Assembly: GCA_036785375.1 (NCBI GenBank)
Contig: JAWMAR010000083.1
Coordinates: 930,001 to 994,000 of the forward strand
Origin: Leucoraja ocellata
Lineage: Eukaryota
Direction: 5' to 3'
DNA length: 64,000 nucleotides
Shown here in pieces: positions 48,976 through 60,495 of the stretch. Position 1 is the stretch's first letter, and every line of letters begins with the position of its first letter. A model generated the notes under the pieces. That model did not search any database. It saw only the letters and a list, made by a program, of their open reading frames with translations, and was not told where the DNA came from. Both the position numbers and the translations under genes were made by a program.

Positions 48976-51900
48976 GCATTCTTGCAGTGAACTGTAGTAT
49001 GTTATAAAACAGGATATTACTGTTGAAACAGAGTAGAAACAAAGAACTGCAGATGCTGGTTAATACACAAAAGGACACAAAGTGCTGGAGTAACTCAGCA
49101 AGTGATGCAGCAACTCTGGAAAAGAAGGATAGGTGATGTTTCAGTTCGAGATCCTTAATGGCACTTATCCGTGTCCTCCAGAGGTGCTGCTTGACCAGCT
49201 GAGTTACTCCAGCGCCTTGTGTTCTTTGGCTTATTATTATTTATTGTCACATATATCGAGGTACAGTTTTTGTTGCGTGCTAACCAGTCAGTAGAAAGTC
49301 AATGCATGATTACAATCCCATCCACAGTGTACAGATACATGACAAAGGGAATAATGTGAATAACGTTCACTGCAAGATAAAGCCAATGAAGTCCAATTAA
49401 AAATAGTGCAGGGGTCTTCAATGAGGTATATAGGACTGCTCTCTAGTTGTACCAAGGATGGATCAGTGTAGGATAGTTTAGGATATTACTGTGCACCAGG
49501 GGCACAAGTCGTTAAAAGTTAAACATGTTAAAAATATAACAATGTATATGAACATCGTTTGCATATTGCAGAGTAAAATAAGTTTGTGATGGATTATTTG
49601 GAGCCTCAGAGATTAAACCAAATTGCATTGCCAATGAGGGTAAGAAAATTGCAGTATTAAATATCATTCGAGAAATGTGAAACTTAATTTTCAGAACAGC
49701 AATGAATCCAAGATCAGATGACAACAGTTTCTAAACTGCATTGTATTATTCCTCATATTTAGTGCACTTTTCCTTAAAGTATAACATTTGAGGACATTTA
49801 GCAGTGAGAGCCTTGCTAGTCATTTCAATATATTTACCACAGTTTATCTGTGTATTCCCCTTTCCTCTTAACATTTATGTCTTGAAAGTATCAACAGCCC
49901 AAACACATTACATAACAGTATATTTTCTTCGAGGAGTTCCAAAAAATGTTTTTCTCACAATGTGCAGTTAATGATGAGCTTATTGCTTTGACAAAAAATG
50001 ACCGCATAACTGAAACATCATTTTTAGGCGGAAAACTAATACACATATAAAGACAAAATGATCCTACTGTGTTTCAGCATTTGATGGCCAAAGGCCTCAG
50101 ATATTTAATTTGATCCACTGGAAAAAAATGCATTTACAATCTATTAAGCCGATTTACATTTTTTTAATATCTAGTGCTATTAAGAACAGTGGATTGACAT
50201 GTCCAGGTTTCTTGGCATGATCATGTAATGCAAGGCAGAGAGTAAAGACAGGGTTGTTTTCCATTGTACTTTATGCACTGACAATAAAGGGAAGGGATTG
50301 AAGAGTCCTATTGCTTCCGGCCATTGTCCTTGCTAATTGGATTACTTATTCTCAGTTAAAACAAGCAAAAGCACAAGCTCGAGGTGGAGAATAACTATTA
50401 CACTGATCAATAAAACTAGTGTATGTAGACACAAAATGCTGAAGTAACTCAGCAGGGCAGGCAGCATCTCTGAAGAGAAGGAATGGCTAAAGTTTCGGGT
50501 TGAGACCTGAAACATCATCCATTCCTTCTCCCAAGTGATGCTGATCTGAAGAAGGGTCTCAACCCAAAACTTTACTCATTCCTTCTCTACAGAGATGCTG
50601 CCTGTCCCGCTGAGTTACTCCAGAATTTTGTTTCTATTTTTGGTGTAAACCAGCATCTACAGCTCCTTCCTACACAGTACCAACTAGTGTATGTGGTTGG
50701 TCGCACATTTGCAAAGGCACACAACGACTAAGAAGCAACCCTGGCATTTAAAGCACACCAGTCCAAGCTGACATCATTGAAAGATGAAATGTTGTTGTGT
50801 AATTTAGCAACATCAAAAAATATATAAACAAATCAAATTAAATAAAAATAAATAAGGAGTGGATAGAGTTTTTGTTATTTTAACATGATAAAATGTTCTA
50901 TTTTATTTAATCTTTTCACAAAAACTAGCCCACCAATTTGATTCCACACCAGATGCCTGGTCTAAGCCTACATCTCTGTCATTGTGCAGAGCATACCATC
51001 ATAGATGATAGAATAAATTGGTCTTGCTTTCTCCTCACAAAGGGTGTATAAATAGCCCAGATGAAGCTGACCCAGCATCAACTCACGGGTCCTGTTGTAT
51101 TCCAAGTCTGACCATGGATCATTGTCCAACATGCTTACTGCAAATAAGATGTCTTCTCTTAATTTTGTTAGGAGAGATATTACATAAATCTGGTATGCAT
51201 TGATGATATATGATGGGTATTTTTTTTATGAACCAATGTCCTTTAAGGTGGCTTTTCTTAATATCATTGAATTTGTATGCCTGTAGACTACTTTGTTACC
51301 TGCATTACACTGGTGGCTACAGTTCATTTAAGTGTAAAGCTTTGTCAGATATTTTTAGATTTTGACGGCTTAACATTATAGGAATAATTTCTACATTCAG
51401 CTGCCTATCATAATCTTAAATATCTCCGCACCCCCTCATCCAATCTTACGATTAGCATAGAAAGACAAAGTACTGGAGTAGCTCAGCGGGTCAGGCAGCA
51501 TCTCTGGAGAACATGGATAGGTGATGTTTCGGGTCGGAACCCTTCCTCAAAAGTCACATCAGAACGTTGTGACTTTTTTTGTAAAGCAGCATCTACAGTT
51601 CCTTATGTCTCACTTTTAGCATGTCAGGCTTACAAATTAGTTTGACACTGAGATTGACACTATCTCTATTTATTGTAATTGATGGCCGAGCTACTGTGCT
51701 ACCAAATAGTTTGAAGAATTTGATTCTCCCCTTGTGACTTATGGACACATACGAATATTACTTCTTACAGAAGTCCTTTGCCCATATATTTCTAATTTAT
51801 CTTCCTTCTCCAAGCACATTTTAACAATTAGAATGCCTCCCTATCTCCTGGTGCAATTCATACTAAACTTCTGACCCGGAACAGCCCCCAAACTAATATC

Positions 51901-52254
51901 GCCTTTCCCTTTTTGATATTACCAATGATGATCTTCACCCCCTCTCTCCTTGAAACAAACACTCCTCCTTCAAATGTATTCCAATCTCATGCCCTTGAGA
52001 GTGTTGTCAGCAGCAAAGCCTATGTTCATCTCTCCCACTACACTCAGTCTGAATTTATGCTGTCCTGTTTACAGGCATCCCATGGTATTCTCACAGCATG
52101 AAACTGGCCTGACTAAAGGCAAGAATGACATTTTCTATATTTGCAAATGTGAAGCCATTTCCTCCTTGATCTATTTCAACTTCCCTGAAGATAGACACAA
52201 AATGCTGGAGCAACTCAGCAGGACAGGCAGCATCTCTAGAGAGAAAGAATTGGC

Positions 52255-52282
52255 GACGTTTCGGGTCGAGACCCTTCGTCAG
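52255..52282 (-). ncRNA. Minimal hammerhead ribozyme, intact core
   Basis: Minus strand CTGACGA-A-GGGTC-TC-GACCC-GAAA-CGTC; palindromic ACGT and a GUC cleavage triplet. Confidence 0.7.
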
Positions 52283-52599
52283 ACTTCCCTGAAGTCTTTG
52301 GCAGGGCTATTCAGAACATCTCAGATACGTCTCTTCCATAGTATAGTTTAGTGAGCTTCTTTGTTTCATGCTTCCAATTAAATGTTATAATTGAGTTCAA
52401 TTTCTGACAGCATCATTACTCCAAATATCTCCTGTGCTTCTTTGGCCACTGATCTACACTTGGTGCCTTTGCCTATAGACAATATTATCTTGCACATGTC
52501 CGTTCCTGCCACTAGCTCTGATAAACTAACCATCATTGCTCTATTGACCCTGTGTTGTTATACTGTTTATTTATTGTCACGTACACAGAGATACAGTGA

Positions 52600-52925
52600 A
52601 ATGCTTGTCCCCTCTCCCTCAGGCAAAAGGTATAGAAGTGTGAAAATGCATACCTCCAGGTTCAGGGACAGTTTCTTCCCAGCTGTTATCGGGCAAACGA
52701 AACATCCCACCACAACTAGAGAGCAGTCCTGAACTACTATTTACCTCGTTGGTGATCCTTGGACTATCTTGGATCGGACTTTACTGGCTTTACCTTGCAC
52801 TAAATATTATTCCCTTATCATGTATCTATATACTGTAAATGGCACGATTGTAATCATGTATTGTCTTTCCGCAGATTGGATAGCACACAACAAAAAGCTT
52901 TTCACTGTACCTGTACACTTGACTG
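52600..52925 (+). mobile_element. Rex1/Babar-like LINE 3' end
   Basis: PSGKRYRSVKMHTSRFRDSFFPAVI followed by a 3' UTR. Confidence 0.8.
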
Positions 52926-53809
52926 CATGCTATCCAGTCAAACCATACTAAGCACGAGTACATTAAATCCTCTTCTGGAGTCACTATCACGCCTCTAAAA
53001 CGTCCAAGCATTACAGAGATATGCAATTTCTTATTTACTCACTTTAAAGCCCGGTGTCCGACAGTATTGGACTGATGAAATAGGAGTCTGGCTAACTCCA
53101 AACCATTATATTTAGAAGAAGAATCATTAACCTGAAATAGTAGCTGTTTTCCCCACAAATGATTTTTTGAGCATTTGCAGCATTTCAGATTTCTATTAGC
53201 TGTAGATATTTCGTTTCCATCATATTCATCAATTACAATAAGTAGTATCCCCTTGCAGATGACTCAATTACTTCTACACAGTTCTGGTCAGCCACCAATC
53301 TGCTATCCTCAATAAACTTGAATCAATCCAAGGCTTTGTCACCCATTTAATAACACGCATCAGAAGTTTTGTTTAGCCACCTGTTCTCCCTGACCTCACG
53401 TTGACTAAGTAACACTTCAATTTTTGAAAAGAATTTTAATTTGTTTTCAAATCCCTCTGAGACCTTGCTCATCCTTATCTGTGAGATCTTCTCTAGGTGT
53501 ACAATACGTGCAATATCTGCACTCTAATTCTGGCAGCTTAACTATTTCCAAATGTAAGCACTTTATTATTGCTGACCAAGCTTTACCTGCTACAGCCCTA
53601 TTTCCTTAAAAGTCTTTGCCTCTCTATTTTCCCTTTAAAGATTAAACCCCAGCTGCAAGGTCATTCTGTTCTGATATCCTCTTTGTTAAATATTTGTTTG
53701 ATAGCGCCTCCGTGAAAGGCTTTGAGTGTTCTGCTACATTAAACACCCATTCTAATTGCCAGTTACTGTTTTATCAGATTGAAATCTGTAAAGATAAGCA
53801 TAGAAGTTC

Positions 53810-54600
53810 TGTCGGGTGGGGCTTATTTTTAAAGTAGCACTGTTACAAAATTTGGGGATTTTAAAAATCAAGCCTGTAATTTATCACATCAGATAAAGCA
53901 TAAAAAGAAGTTTAATTTGACACTCAATTCACTTTCATATCTTCAGTATTAAAAAAAGTTATGGCCATTTTCATACTCTGAAATTAGCATCTTGTTCCCT
54001 ATTGCTTTTCCATTGACTTAACTCAAAAGCTGTGATCAAGGACAGTCAAAAGCCCATAACTTTCTTAAAAATTAGGAGAACTGAATGAAATTTTCAGGTA
54101 TTACAGATTGAAGCATTCTGAAACAAATATGAAACAATCTTACTTGGATGACCTGAAATTAAAGCATATAATTAGTTAGTTACCCAATTGTAGCTAATTA
54201 CAAAATTCAATTACTAGATCTAAACATCTATCCATTTCTTAAGAAAAAGTTAAAATTTTTAAATAGCCTAAGTGTCCAAATAACATTCACACAATAATTC
54301 ACAATATAACATGATTTTTAAATCTCATGGTCATGAATTTATAGGCCAAATGGAAAGAATTTAGTGTTTAATTCCCGTAAATTAATGGCCATTTTAATCA
54401 TCTTGCGAGTGGGTTTTTGTTAAACGCGCTGGTTTGGAACATTGCATTTGCGGTGAATTTAAACCCCATATCGGCAGGAAAAATACTGCCGGTTCATATA
54501 TTTACATAATGACATTTTCGCAACGTGAAATTTTGATTAAAAGCATCTTAGAAGCAAGTTTATATATAAAATAAACGGCTTTCCTTTACCTGTCCCGTAC
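53810..54600. repeat. Probable interior of a non-autonomous DNA transposon
   Basis: AT-rich with GTTATGGCC/CCATAACTTT motifs; no termini identified. Confidence 0.3.
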
Positions 54601-54878
54601 ATTAAAGTTAAAGAGTTTTATTATGTTCCCTCTTGATCTGCAGCACAACCAGCAGCAATAGAAGTGAGTTCATTGGGAAGCCAGAAAGGCACTCGAGAAA
54701 GGAGGTGCTTGTTTGGGAAGTCTAACCTAAAAAGGAATATAGGAACAAGGCACTTGCCTCAAGCTCTCCAAACTTTTCTGAGGCTACCCCCATCATTTAT
54801 TGCAACAAGTGATGGCTCCCACTGATGTCGCCGGAAGCTTGCAACCTTTTCTGGATGGACGATGACAGCGATGTCAAC

Positions 54879-54904
54879 CAAAGATCTTTAGCAGAGGATC
54901 TTTG
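54879..54904. mobile_element. 26-bp TIR-only remnant with 8-bp TSD
   Basis: CAAAGATCTTTAGCAGAGGATCTTTG flanked by ATGTCAAC at 54871-54878 and 54905-54912. Confidence 0.88.
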
Positions 54905-56712
54905 ATGTCAACATTTGAAACATGGAAGATGGACACGAAAGAAGAAGATCCAGCATAACGATGGCAGGACTCCAAACCTGACTAGCAACTAACAGCTTTT
55001 ATGGCAGCAGTGCTTCAGTCTGTGCTTCAGTTCTGACCTGTGCCTGCGATTGATTTGTGTGTTCCCACATATATAATAAGAAGAAGCTGAGAGACGGGAG
55101 CAATTGAGATCGTTGCAACATATCTCATCTACGGGCCAACACTGGGAGGAAAATCAAGAAAAACTTAAGCAAAGTAAGTTGCCAGTAAAAAAACTTGTTT
55201 TATCCAGTTTGTAAATAATTTTTCTAAAGTAGACATATCATCATTAAAATGAGCATCAGAACTAGAAGGCCGGGCTGCAAAATATATATAAAATATAGTT
55301 TTTTTTTTAAGCGGCGGCTATATATTATGCCATAAAGGACCAATAGATTCAGCAGCTCCTAATAATTGGGACATGAACCCACTAATCTAAACTGGCAAAT
55401 CCTGGACATGCTGGACATGGAAAATAAAACCAAAATTTTGAAATAGGCAGCTCTCAGGCAGCATCCCTAGAGAGAGAAAAAGTTTGATCAGACTTTCAAT
55501 TCAGATCAGACTTCCAAATCCTAACATTTCAATTCTTGGCCAAACAGAGCGTTAATTTTTTTCTGAATAAATCGTGTGCAGGACATTCAAATATTTTGAG
55601 GAACTTCCAGTTGCTTTCAACGAAGGCTTCCATCTCTATCACTTTGCACTATTATTGTTTTGTTGCAACATTATTGTTTTTATATATGCACTGATGTTTT
55701 TTTGGTTATTATTGGTGGTTACAGAGTTCTATGTATGCATATCTGTTGTGCTGCTGCAGGTAAGAATTTATTTTTCCCGTTTCAGGACATATGACAGTAA
55801 AATCCTCTTGAGTCTAAACTTTCTCGCGTCTGTGTTGTATTTTAATGCTTTACTGAATTGGCAGAGGTGGAACAAGAGGATATCGTTCATCTGCTTGAGC
55901 TTGTTCTGTGTTCAGCAAGATGATGACAAATCATCCACTGCAACACCTATGCCTTATTCCCATACTCCCTTGAGTTCCCACATTTACAATATCTGTTTTG
56001 ACTGCTATCAATGACTTGACCTTCACCGCTGTATTCCGAATATTCACCACCCTCCAAGTGAAGATATTTCTCCTCATTTCAGTCCTAATGGATCAACCCA
56101 TTTGTTTTGAGATTCTCACTGTTAGTTCCAGAATCTTTAGCCAAGAGAAAGTGGTGGCTGAGAGATCTATTTGTGTGCTGTATATCTTTATGCTCCATGA
56201 GAAGCATCCTTCCTACATCTATACCTTAATGTGTTTCACTAAATGTGTTTCACATCCTCTAAATTCAAGAGAATTGAGGCCTCAGTAACCCTAATCTAAT
56301 CTCCTCAATCTCTTCTTGATAAACCTGCTGTTGCACAAATCCATAATTCTTTAAGTATATAAGGCAGAATTGTGCACAACGTTACAGTGGTAACGTTGTG
56401 CACAATTCAAGGCCCTGTATAATTTCAAATACGTAATCTCTACATCAAAGGCCAACATGCCATTTAGCTTTCCTAATTGCCTAGTGTACTTGCATGTTAG
56501 ATTTCAATGATTTATGTACAAGGATATCCAGGTCCCTTTTAATAGCCTCTAACCACTTTAAAATATTTGACATTTTTGTTTTTTCTACTAAAGTAAATAA
56601 ACTCATCTTTTCCCACATTGTAATCAATCTGCCATGTTGTTGTCCACTTTCTTAATGGTCTGCATGCCAATGAACTGTGTTTGCATTCTCAACACACATT
56701 CCATTACTTTTA

Positions 56713-57390
56713 AGGGCCTGTCCCGCTTACGTGTCCTTGGCACGCAAATTACGCAACCTCGTGGTCGCGATGAGGCGCACGGGCATCATATGGCTGCGTG
56801 GGGCCGGTCCCACTGAGAAGCGCGGATGGGTATGTAGTTGTGCGCGACATCGCGCAGGGCTCCGAAATTTTTGTAGCGAACGAAATCTTCGCGCGCCAAC
56901 GGCCTGTCAAGGAGCTGACGGCCAAAGTCCAAGACCCTGGCGCGACGCAACGTCTCACCTCCAACAGCAGCAGAACCAGGCAAACGATCGCCGAACTTGG
57001 CCTGGGGCTCACGGCCGTTGCGGTCCGGATCCGCTCCCACTTCTACTCCCAGAGCGGGGCCAAGAAAATTGAAGATGGACACAAAATGCAGGAGTAACTC
57101 AGCGGGACCGGCAGCATCTCTGGAGAGAAGCAATGGGTGATGTTTCGGGTCAAGACCATTCTTTTCAGACTGAAGAAGAGTCTCGACACGAAACATCACC
57201 CATTGCTTCTCTCCAGAGATGCTGCCGGTCCCGCTGAGTTACTCCAGCTTTGTGTCCATGTTCAAATGACGTCACGCACTCCAGACAGCTGTACTACACA
57301 TTAAATCGTGCGCGACCTTCGCGGGACCGTCGCGGGACCGTCGTGGTCGCGTAATTTACGTGCCAAGGACACATAAGTGGGACACGCCCT
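56713..57390. mobile_element. PIF/Harbinger-like MITE containing a palindromic Penelope-derived repeat
   Basis: ~45-bp TIRs AGGGCCTGTCCCGCTTACGTGTCCTTGGCACG / CGTGCCAAGGACACATAAGTGGGACACGCCCT; TAA/TTA flanks. Confidence 0.8.
57075..57259. repeat. Inverted pair of Penelope-derived units, each with a hammerhead-like core
   Basis: ~75-bp near-perfect arms; centre TTCAGACTGAAGAAG. Confidence 0.8.
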
Positions 57391-58817
57391 TAGATTCTCG
57401 GTAGTTATGGCCTGCCAATCCAAGAAAGATCTGTTAATTACTATTTTTGTTCGCTATTAGCCAACTCCCAATCCACGCAAGTTTATTCCCCTAAATTATA
57501 TGTGCTCTAACGTTATTCAGTAACTGCCGGGGTGGAACTTTTCTAAAGCTTTCAGAAAATCCAAAAATACCACATTCACTGGTCTCCCTCATCTATTCAT
57601 CCCTCATCAAGAATTAGTCAAATATGATTTCCAATTCATAATGAATGCGACTACCCAATCATGTCATTATTTTCAGCATATTGTGACATTGTGTTTCATT
57701 AATAAAGATTTCAACAGTTTCCAATCTACTGATGTCAAGTTGAGCCATTAGTTGATAGTTCCTTGTTTGGTCTCTCCCTTCTTAGAGGAGACAAATTTAC
57801 TCTTCTCCAAACTGCAGGAACTATTCATGAAATTGGGAGTGATCTGATCAGCTGTTTCAAAACAAATTGGAGTTCACTGTAGATCTTTATTTTGTAATTA
57901 CATGAGCAGATTTGGGTAAAACAGAATTGATATGCCTTCTGTAGTATTTTAAGAAGTATATATTTTGATTGGTTTAGTATCTGGAGGAACTTTAAAATCT
58001 CACTTTTCTTCAAAAAGACTTGGAAGATTTTCATTTATTGAAATTTGTTTTTCAGCTGGTAACCTTGGTGCTTTAATCTATTTCAAAGTTTCCTTTGTAA
58101 AGAGACAGATCTCATTTTGTTGTGTTGGTGAGTCACATGTTCTTCCTTTTAGCTTTTTAACCTGCGTCACTCTACTGCAGCTGTTTCCCACGCCTGGACC
58201 TAATGGCATTCATCGTAACTTCATCAGCAATTTCAGTGTCTAAACTGGTCAGTGCAATTTCTTATCTCCTTGCCGCATTGGAATTAATAAATCAGTTATC
58301 AACTCTAGATCTTTAGTTTGATGCCATTTAGCTGTTACACACATTTTAATGATGTAAAATTAACTTTCTAACTAAAATCTTGAGGGGGAAAAAAAGATTC
58401 TGACTATCACCCCTACTTGCTTAACTTAGACAAAAATAGGCTGAGTACAATTGGAAACTAGTGGTATGAAAATAAATTTCAGCTTCATTTCTACAGTTTG
58501 CTTCAGTGTATGACATGCTGTAATATAAAACAGGGAACCTCCAGTTGGAACAATTTTTAAAAAGTGCAACAATTACTAGCAACTAATAGATATAAAGGGG
58601 TAAAATGCAAAAATTTAGGTCAGCACCTAGTGAGGAGTCTATTGAAGGCTGTTATTATAGCTAATTACTCAATTTATCATTTGTAGGAACAAAACATTAT
58701 TATGATCATAGCATTGTAGCAAAAAAAAACCCTATTTTCCTGCACTAACCCCTTTGGTTTAGCTTATTAATGCAAATATGAGATACACTTTTCCGTGGAT
58801 TGTCATGACGCATGGTC

Positions 58818-58922
58818 AGGGGAGAACCTACAAACTCCGTACAGACAGCAACCATAGTCAGGATCAAACCTGTGTCCCTGGCACGGCAAGGCAACTCTAC
58901 CACTGCACCAGTGTGCTGCCCT
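58818..58922 (-). mobile_element. V-SINE 5' fragment
   Basis: CAAACTCCGTACAGACAGCA...CAACTCTACCACTGCACC. Confidence 0.7.
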
Positions 58923-59361
58923 TTCATTGGATAACAATCTTTAAAATTCCTTGAAATTATTTCCATTGATGGTGAACAAACAAACTTTTCATACTGTATA
59001 TGATCCACAACTGTACTGTAGAGGCTGTTCAAGACAGGTCCTTCACTGAGTTGGCATAGTCGCTGATGCTCTGGCATGATATCTTATTAGTGGTACCAAA
59101 GTAATGGTACCAGCACCACCATTCAATATGATCATAGCTGATTATCCAAAATCAGTACCCCGTTCCTGCTTTCTCCCCATATCCCTTGATTCCGTTAGCC
59201 CTAAGAGTGAAATCTAACTCTCTCTTGAGAGAGTGAATTGCAGAAAATGCCATGTTAAAACGATCCTGAGTTTGTTGTACTACTTTACAACACAGAACAT
59301 GTTTGGTTTGTTGTGGCATTGCAGGATTTGCCAACATATTGTACGTTTCTGAACTTTTGGT

Positions 59362-59570
59362 CAGCACGACTAGTAGATCAGCTGCCTCACGGCTCCAGTG
59401 AGCATAATTCAGTTCTAATCCCTAATGCTGTTTGTGTGGAGTTTACATATTCTCCCTGTGATTGCATGGGTTTCCTCTGGGTGCTCCAGTTTCCTCACGC
59501 ATCCCATGTGATTTGGTAGGTTAATTGGCCACTATAAATTGCCTCTAATGTGCAGGTAAGTGTTAACTTC
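59362..59570 (+). mobile_element. V-SINE, degraded
   Basis: GCTGCCTCACGGCTCCAG head; GTGTGGAGTTTACATATTCTCCCTGTG core. Confidence 0.65.
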
Positions 59571-59579
59571 TGGGGGGTA

Positions 59580-60495
59580 TTTATTCTTGTATTCATTCTT
59601 GTATTCAAATTTTATTGTCGTTGCCTCACTTTGAGACAACGAAATGAATTTCCCGTACAGCAGTATCGTTAAAAAAAATCACAAGAAAAATAATAAAAAT
59701 AAATAATAAATAAATAATAAAACATATTAAAAAAATAAAATTGAAATTGAATTAAAAATTTAACAAAAGCACAAACACAAAAAGTCCACAACACAACATA
59801 ACATAAATGGCACCCAGGTGAGGACGGCACCATAGTCCAGCCAGCCTCCCCTCCGTGTCCATCCGTAGTCGGGGCCTTCCGAGCACCTGCAGTCGCCGCC
59901 CCGGATGGCCCGATGTTCAGGCCCTCACGCCGGGCTGGTGGAACGCCGACGCCGAGCCCCGACGGTGAGCATCCTCCTCCTCAGCGGCCCGGACCTCCTG
60001 ATCAGCCGCCTCCCGCTGCCGGAGTCTGCAGCTCCTGAGTCCACAGGTCGAGCTGGGCAGAGTCACAGGACCCCGCGCTGTCCATCAGCGCCGCCCGCGT
60101 TGGGAGCTCCGCAAACCGCAGCTCCATGATGTTGGTGCAGCAGGTCCAGCACTCCGGGCTCCAAACGGCGACCCCCGGTAAGGCATCACCAGCCCCGCGA
60201 TGTTCCAGCGCTGTCCCGCCGCTGCTGGAGCTCCGGTCGATCCCGGCAGGAAAGGCCGCGCCAATCCAGGTAGGTAGGCCGCTGTGGGGGGGGGGGGGGG
60301 GAGGACGCGACTCGAATAATAGTCGCGTCCTCACCAGGAAGCGGCTGAAGGACGGTATCCCCCGCACCGTGCCCTCTTCCCCCACATAAAAACACAAAAA
60401 AACACAAAAAAACACACTTTTAACATAACAAAATAAACAAAAAAACAAAAAGATACCGGGCTGTAGGTGGAGGCTGCTGGCACCAGCGCCACCGG
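59580..60495 (-). mobile_element. GC-rich non-autonomous retroposon related to 27650-28510
   Basis: Tandem TTCTTGTATTC tail, TTTATTGTC motif, GC-rich body and A-rich tract; same architecture as 27650-28510. Confidence 0.6.

Larger units (their letters stand above)
55960..57830 (-). mobile_element. Old CR1-like LINE interrupted by a Harbinger MITE
   Basis: Eroded similarity to 35830-37020 (e.g. AAAGCTTTCAGAAAATCCAAA); boundaries approximate. Confidence 0.5.

Noticed and set aside
54600-55180. Exon-like segment ending in a GTAAGT donor at ~55173
   Set aside because: No sustained ORF or recognisable protein; cannot be supported
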